64,000 bases of DNA, taken from assembly GCA_965199495.1 (NCBI GenBank), contig CBDASK010000003.1, forward strand, positions 4,544,001 through 4,608,000, in the 5' to 3' direction. The DNA comes from Abditibacterium sp. GTDB lineage: Bacteria; Armatimonadota; Abditibacteriia; Abditibacteriales; Abditibacteriaceae. The notes beneath the pieces were generated by a model, which was given only the letters and a program-made list of their open reading frames with translations, searched no databases and was not told the origin of the DNA. Positions 59,247 to 64,000 of this stretch are shown in pieces. Each line of letters starts with the position of its first letter. Position 1 is the first letter of the stretch. Made by a program: the position numbers and the translations under genes.

Positions 59247-59720
59247 TTACATCGGTTCAAGCGGGATGAAGTTGGATTTCGCATTGAGTTTAACCACGCG
59301 TTTGGTGATTTCCTGCGTCAAAGCCATGCCGTTTTCGATTTCGCGTGCGCCGAAACTCCAGCTTCGGGGGCCAGCTTTGATTTCTAATCTGCCGTTTTTC
59401 GTCGTCGCTTCGTTGATTTCTTCCCACTTGACGAACGTCGAAACGCCGTTTTCGTTGACGATGCGCAATCCGGTCTTTTCGAGTTCGACCAATCCTTTGG
59501 CGGCGCGCTTGCGGCGTTTGTCGAGGTTGAGTTGCGCCACGAAAAAGCGCGCCAGAATCGCGAGCGCGCCGCCAATAGCCACGGCGCGTGCGAGGGGCGG
59601 TGTGTTGGGCGCCAACGCGAGGCCAAACGCGACGAACTGGCCCAGAAACGAGCCGACCGCCAACACATAAAACGCGCGGATTTCGGCGGGCGACGGCGAG
59701 AGATAACGAAAGGTGCGCAT
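59247..59720 (-). CDS. Hypothetical membrane protein (2 TM plus PH-like C-terminal domain)
   Basis: ATG 4 nt after the M16 gene stop; two hydrophobic helices, then a GLRI...FVKWEEI beta region. Confidence 0.65.
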   Translation of the reverse strand: MRTFRYLSPSPAEIRAFYVLAVGSFLGQFVAFGLALAPNTPPLARAVAIGGALAILARFFVAQLNLDKRRKRAAKGLVELEKTGLRIVNENGVSTFVKWEEINEATTKNGRLEIKAGPRSWSFGAREIENGMALTQEITKRVVKLNAKSNFIPLEPM

Positions 59721-59724
59721 ATTT

Positions 59725-60951
59725 CTAAACCCGCGCCAACTCCTGCGCGCCCAACGTGACGACCGACGGTTCGCCAACCGGACAAGTGTCGTAAAATGCC
59801 GCAATCGAAACGGGCGTGACGGCGTTGATGGCGTCGGTAATTTCATCGAGCGGGCGCACGCGACCCAAAATCCACAGGTCGCGCGCCAAGGCTCCGGCGC
59901 GTGCGCGGCTGCTCTCTTCTTGCATAATCAAACTCGTCAGCGTTTTGATGCGCGCGCGATCTAATTCATCTTGACTCACGCCTTCGCTCATGCGGCGCAG
60001 TTCGCCGATGGTCACTTGCAACGTTTCGTCGGCACGTTCGGGCGTCGTTCCGGCGTAGGCGAGCGTATAACCAAAACCGCGATGGCCGTTGGCTGAGGCC
60101 GAAACCGAATAAACCAAGCCGCGTTTTTCGCGCACTTCGGTAAACAAACGCGCGCCCATGCCGCCGCTCAAAATCGCCATCGCCAGTCGGTAATCATAAT
60201 TGCGCGCGTCGTCGGGCGCGATGGTTTGATAAGCGATGGCAATTTGCTGCTGCGCTTTGTCGGCGGGAATATGCGCCCACAGCGGTTCATTTACGACTTG
60301 CGTTTCGCCAATGGTGGGCGCGCTCCCGTTCCAATCGCCGAACAATTTTTCGATTTGAGAAATCGTCTGTTCCCAATCGAAATTGCCCGCCAACGCCAAA
60401 ATCGCGCCCTGCGGTTTGAAGCGCGCGGCGTGATCGGCGCGCAAATCTTCGAGTGTCAGGCTTTCCAAACCTTCGACGGTTCCCATCGGCGAGCGCGCAT
60501 GGCCCGATTGAAAATAGCGGCGCCGCAGTTCATAAAACGTCTGGCTCGACGGCGAATCTTTTAAGCCCTGCAATCCCTGAATCGCCAAATCGCGCTCGGC
60601 CTGCCAATTTTCAAAGCGCGGGCGCAAAATGATGTCGGCGTAAAGTTGGAGGGCTTCGGGCAAATACAAACCCAGCGTCGCGCCGCCAAACGTGGTGAAT
60701 TCGACGCCCGCGCCGCCGCCGCGACTGAGGCCCAAACCGTCCAAAGCATCGGACAATTGGCGCGCATCGTAAGCTCCGGCGCCGCGATAACTGGCGCTTT
60801 CGATGACGCCAGTCAAACCGTCTTTGCCAATCGGTTCGGTCGCGCTACCCGTGGGAATCAGAAAATTAAAAGCCGCCGCCTGTTTCGACGGCATCGGTTC
60901 GCCGACGAGGGTCAGGCCGTTAGATAATTGATGAATTTGGGACGAAATCAT
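59725..60951 (-). CDS. M16 (pitrilysin) family peptidase-like subunit, probably non-catalytic
   Basis: HQLSNGL, ILSGGMGARLFTEVREKRGLVYSV; HXXEH zinc motif replaced by GVIES. Confidence 0.88.
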   Translation of the reverse strand: MISSQIHQLSNGLTLVGEPMPSKQAAAFNFLIPTGSATEPIGKDGLTGVIESASYRGAGAYDARQLSDALDGLGLSRGGGAGVEFTTFGGATLGLYLPEALQLYADIILRPRFENWQAERDLAIQGLQGLKDSPSSQTFYELRRRYFQSGHARSPMGTVEGLESLTLEDLRADHAARFKPQGAILALAGNFDWEQTISQIEKLFGDWNGSAPTIGETQVVNEPLWAHIPADKAQQQIAIAYQTIAPDDARNYDYRLAMAILSGGMGARLFTEVREKRGLVYSVSASANGHRGFGYTLAYAGTTPERADETLQVTIGELRRMSEGVSQDELDRARIKTLTSLIMQEESSRARAGALARDLWILGRVRPLDEITDAINAVTPVSIAAFYDTCPVGEPSVVTLGAQELARV

Positions 60952-61021
60952 GGAAGCGTGCGAATTTTGAGTTTAATGGGTTGCGAAAGAGTAAGATTGC
61001 GTGTCAAAATAACGAGAATGA

Positions 61022-61450
61022 TAGGAGTTACGCAGTTGGTTCCAATTTGTCATTTCGAGCGCCGGGTGCCCCCTGGGCGGCAGAAATCTTTCGGCCCCGC
61101 GCCAGCGGAAGTCCTAGATAACCCCGTGTGCAAGTTCTATTCACGTTCAATCTCTCCCTCCTTTGTCATTCTGAGCGAAGAGAGGCACGAACGAAGTCGA
61201 AGAATCCACAGGTTGCGATGGAGTTTGACGTTCATCGCGAGTGATACGTCATGGATTCTTCGACTTCGTTCGTGCCTCTCTTCGCTCAGAATGACAAGGC
61301 GAGGAGCTAAAAACAACTTGCACACGGGGTTAGATAGCTTTGAAAGCGAAAACCGATTGAACGGCGTTGCCGCGCGGGCGCAAGATTTCTGCCGCCCAGG
61401 GGGCACCCGGCGCTCGAAATGACAAATTGGAACCAACTGCGTAACTCCTA
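61022..61450. mobile_element. Nested MITE: outer TIR TAGGAGTTACGCAGTTG (TSD AATGA) containing an inner ACCCCGTGTGCAAGTT-TIR element (61121-61330, TSD TAGATA)
   Basis: Four concentric inverted-repeat layers and two distinct TSD pairs are directly readable in the sequence. Confidence 0.85.
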
Positions 61451-61589
61451 AATGAGAATTTAAAATCATAACAAGTGAATTTCGCAATTTCGCATGAAAC
61501 ACCCTGCCCGCGTAATTCCCAGCGATAACCAATCCAAGACCTCCGCTCACTTGCCCGCCTCGTCTATTCGACCAATACTCCCCTGTGAC

Positions 61590-62042
61590 GTGATTTTTCT
61601 CTCGCCGCGCGACTGGCTCGCGCAATGGCCGCGCCGACTGCAATGGTTTGCCGTCGCTTTGCTGTTGCTCGCCAGCACCGCGCAGAGTTGGCACGTCTGC
61701 GCGATGGGCAGCCACGCCCTGTGCGCCGGGCCGATGGACGACGTGGCTATGCGTTACGTCACGGTGCGTAACGCCGACGGTTCGCCCGGCCCAGTCGTGT
61801 GCGCGGAAACTCCGTCACCGCCCAAGATTCGCGGCAACAGCTTAAATTCGCGGCCCGCCGCCAACGGAGCGGTGGACTGTCTGGCGATGTTGCTGCAAAC
61901 CATGCCTTTGCAAGCGGGCGTGCCGTTTACGCTCGAACTTCGCGAAACCTCGCGCACGATTTACGCGACGCGCGCCGAAATCAAACCCGCCTTCGCTTCG
62001 CCGCTCGCGCTGCGCGGGCGCGCTCCACCAGCGACTTGTTGA
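61590..62042 (+). CDS. DUF2946-like secreted leader protein ending in an RAPP ribosome-arrest motif
   Basis: Hydrophobic signal segment, HVCAMGSHALC...MDDVAM, C-terminal LRGRAPPATC*; start uncertain (GTG 61590 or ATG 61494). Confidence 0.7.
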   Translation: MIFLSPRDWLAQWPRRLQWFAVALLLLASTAQSWHVCAMGSHALCAGPMDDVAMRYVTVRNADGSPGPVVCAETPSPPKIRGNSLNSRPAANGAVDCLAMLLQTMPLQAGVPFTLELRETSRTIYATRAEIKPAFASPLALRGRAPPATC

Positions 62043-62090
62043 ATTCCGCACTCCGCCGCGTTTTCGCGGCTCAACCCAATTCAATAGGTC
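62033..62090 (+). promoter_or_regulatory. RNA stem-loop pairing the leader stop-codon region with the RBS region of the redoxin gene
   Basis: GACTTGTTGAATT (62033-62045) pairs with AATTCAATAGGTC (62078-62090): 13 bp including 2 G-U pairs; inner hairpin GCCGCG-TTTT-CGCGGC. Confidence 0.7.
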
Positions 62091-62093
62091 TCC

Positions 62094-62765
62094 ATGAATC
62101 TTTCCATTTCGCGTCGCACTGCGGCGCTTTCGACAGCGTTTGCCGTCGCCTCTCTCGCGCTCGCCTTGCCAGCTTCGGCGCACAACATCAGCAGCAAAGG
62201 TTACGACCAACTCAAAAGCGAAACTGCAAACTTCGCCCATACCCAAAGCGCGCCCAGCGCTCGCATCAACCAGAAATTGCCGTCGTTCGCGGTCAAAACC
62301 GTGTTCGGCAAAGGCTTCACCAACGCTTCGTTTCAGGGCAAAATCGGCGTTTTCGTTCTCGCTGATACGCAGTGTCCCTGCGTTCAAGCGGTCGAGATGC
62401 GCCTCAAGAATCTGAGCAAACGCTACGGAAAAAACGGCGTGCGCATCGTTTATGTGTTCCCCAAACCCGGCGAACGCGCGCTCGATGTCGCGCGCTTTAT
62501 GCAGAATCACCAGATTCCATTTCCCGCCGTGGTTGACCAGAATCAGCGCTTTTATAAAATGCTCGATGGCAAATGTTCGAGCGAGGTTTACGTGACCGAC
62601 AAAAAAGGCGTCTTGCGCTATCACGGTCGCGTGGACGACTCGACGTTCGATCCCAAGGCCGTGCAAAAGCGCGATCTGGAAGCGGCGGTTGTGCAAATCG
62701 CGCGCAACCAAACCGTTAAAAATCCCGAAGTGCCCGCGATGGGCTGCGCCATTCCGCGCCTTTAA
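62094..62765 (+). CDS. Secreted redoxin (AhpC/TSA, thioredoxin-fold) protein
   Basis: Signal peptide ending ASA-H; DTQCPCV, LRYHGRVDD, C-terminal PAMGCAI. Confidence 0.85.
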   Translation: MNLSISRRTAALSTAFAVASLALALPASAHNISSKGYDQLKSETANFAHTQSAPSARINQKLPSFAVKTVFGKGFTNASFQGKIGVFVLADTQCPCVQAVEMRLKNLSKRYGKNGVRIVYVFPKPGERALDVARFMQNHQIPFPAVVDQNQRFYKMLDGKCSSEVYVTDKKGVLRYHGRVDDSTFDPKAVQKRDLEAAVVQIARNQTVKNPEVPAMGCAIPRL

Positions 62766-62846
62766 CCATCGAATTTGGAACGACGAGAAGGCGATTCTTA
62801 ATTGAATTTCGTTTTTCTCGGCGCTCATCTCCAAAACCGTAAATTA

Positions 62847-63636
62847 ATGAAAAATTTCATATTTTCAACGCCCGCTCGCGGTGCGTTTCCCCGTCGCGCG
62901 TCCGCATTCACCCTTGTGGAGTTGCTGGTTGTCATCGCGATTATCGCCATTTTGGCGGCGATTCTGTTTCCCGTTTTCGCCCGCGCCCGCGAAAACGCGC
63001 GCCGCGCCAGTTGCCTAAGCAATCTCAAACAAATCGGCATTGGCTTCATGCAATACACGCAGGATTACGACGAGCAAGGCCCGATGACTTCGATGTCCGG
63101 CGGCATGATGGCGGGCGGCGCCTATTCATGGACGACTTCAACGCAGCCCTATATCAAGAGCGTGCAGATTTTCCGATGTCCATCCGACAGCGCCGCGCGT
63201 TGGAACGCGCCCAACTTGCCGCCCGCCGCCCCGCCCTACACCACGAGTTACGTGTTCAACTCGTGGTTCGCGCCCGACAAAAAAGACCCGGCAACGGGCG
63301 CGGTCAATGGTTACTCGAACCTCGCCAAAGTGCAAGAACCTTCGCGCTCGATTATTCTGTCGGAAAAAGCCGACTTGACAGAGGGTTCGATGCTCGCCGA
63401 CGCCGACCATTTTCATCCGATGTATTGGGGCGCCACGCCCGAAGAAACTTCGGCGATGATGAGCGGTCTGGGACGGCGCCAACAATGTACCCGCAGAACT
63501 GGCGGTCAAGCGCCATCTGGAGGGCTTCAATAACCTCTACGCCGACGGCCACGCCAAGTGGAATCGTTTTGAGCAACTCACCAGTTACCCCAACGCCGAT
63601 CCGGTCGTGGCCGAAGGCAATTTTCGCCCGCGCTAA
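62847..63636 (+). pseudogene. DUF1559/H-X9-DG prepilin-like gene split by a frameshift near 63468 (pseudogene or sequencing error)
   Basis: [15 protein letters not shown]-terminus; the conserved [17 protein letters not shown] end lies in the +1 frame (63469-63636). Confidence 0.75.
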
Positions 63637-63640
63637 ACCG

Positions 63641-64000
63641 ATGAAAAATTTCAAATCTCGGCAATTTCGACAAAAAGCATTTACGCTCGTGGAATTGCTC
63701 GTCGTCATCGCAATAATCGCCATTCTCGCGGCGATCCTGTTTCCCGTTTTCGCCCGCGCTCGCGAAAACGCGCGCCGCACTTCTTGTTTGTCCAATCTCA
63801 AACAAATCGGCTTGGCCTATATGCAATACACGCAGGATTACGACGAGCATTATCCTTTGGCCTCGCAGCCAACGGCGCCGACTTCGTGGACGGAAACCGT
63901 GCAGCCTTACGTCAAAAACTTTCAAATCTTCCGTTGCCCCAACGACAACAGCCAGAACTGGACGGCGCCGCTCGCCAGTCCCAACTTCGAGCAGCAGGGT
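63641..64000 (+). CDS. Second DUF1559 prepilin-like protein (runs off the window)
   Basis: [57 protein letters not shown]. Confidence 0.9.
   Translation, partial: MKNFKSRQFRQKAFTLVELLVVIAIIAILAAILFPVFARARENARRTSCLSNLKQIGLAYMQYTQDYDEHYPLASQPTAPTSWTETVQPYVKNFQIFRCPNDNSQNWTAPLASPNFEQQG

Noticed and set aside
59725..60951. Calling the M16 gene a pseudogene because HXXEH is missing
   Set aside because: Non-catalytic M16B partner subunits normally lack the motif and the ORF is intact; the catalytic partner may be encoded elsewhere.
1..64000. CRISPR array, tRNA or rRNA genes
   Set aside because: No regularly spaced direct repeats with unique spacers and no recognisable tRNA or rRNA sequence; the repeats seen are inverted (palindromic) elements.

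Overview
A GC-rich (about 55-60% by eye) bacterial chromosomal segment. DUF1559/H-X9-DG prepilin-like genes, DUF5693, scpAB, rpoN and LacI-linked glycoside hydrolases suggest an Abditibacteriota/Armatimonadota-like organism (inference only). Housekeeping genes: rpoZ, an RpoD-like sigma factor, bioD, prfB with a programmed +1 frameshift, purK, purC, lysA, scpA/scpB and sufBCD. Accessory loci: a sigma-54 module (rpoN, a sensorless histidine kinase and an HTH-less NtrC-type activator), a split MprF with esterases, mrr, a DyP peroxidase bracketed by a duplicated gene end, a decayed toxin-antitoxin/small-peptide island, an ATPase-TPR pair and a LacI-DUF1559-lipoprotein-GH cluster. Three observations stand out. 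(1) At 61.6-64 kb a secreted Cys/His/Met leader ORF ends in an RAPP ribosome-arrest motif, and its stop codon lies in a 13-bp stem that sequesters the next gene's RBS. It precedes a redoxin and tandem pilin-like genes, the first Met/His-rich, which makes it a candidate metal (copper?)-responsive system. (2) The heptamer CGTGGCT/AGCCACG recurs about once per kb on both strands. (3) Intergenic palindromic elements are abundant, including a nested MITE with two independent target-site duplications. Family assignments come from motif recognition; no database was searched.
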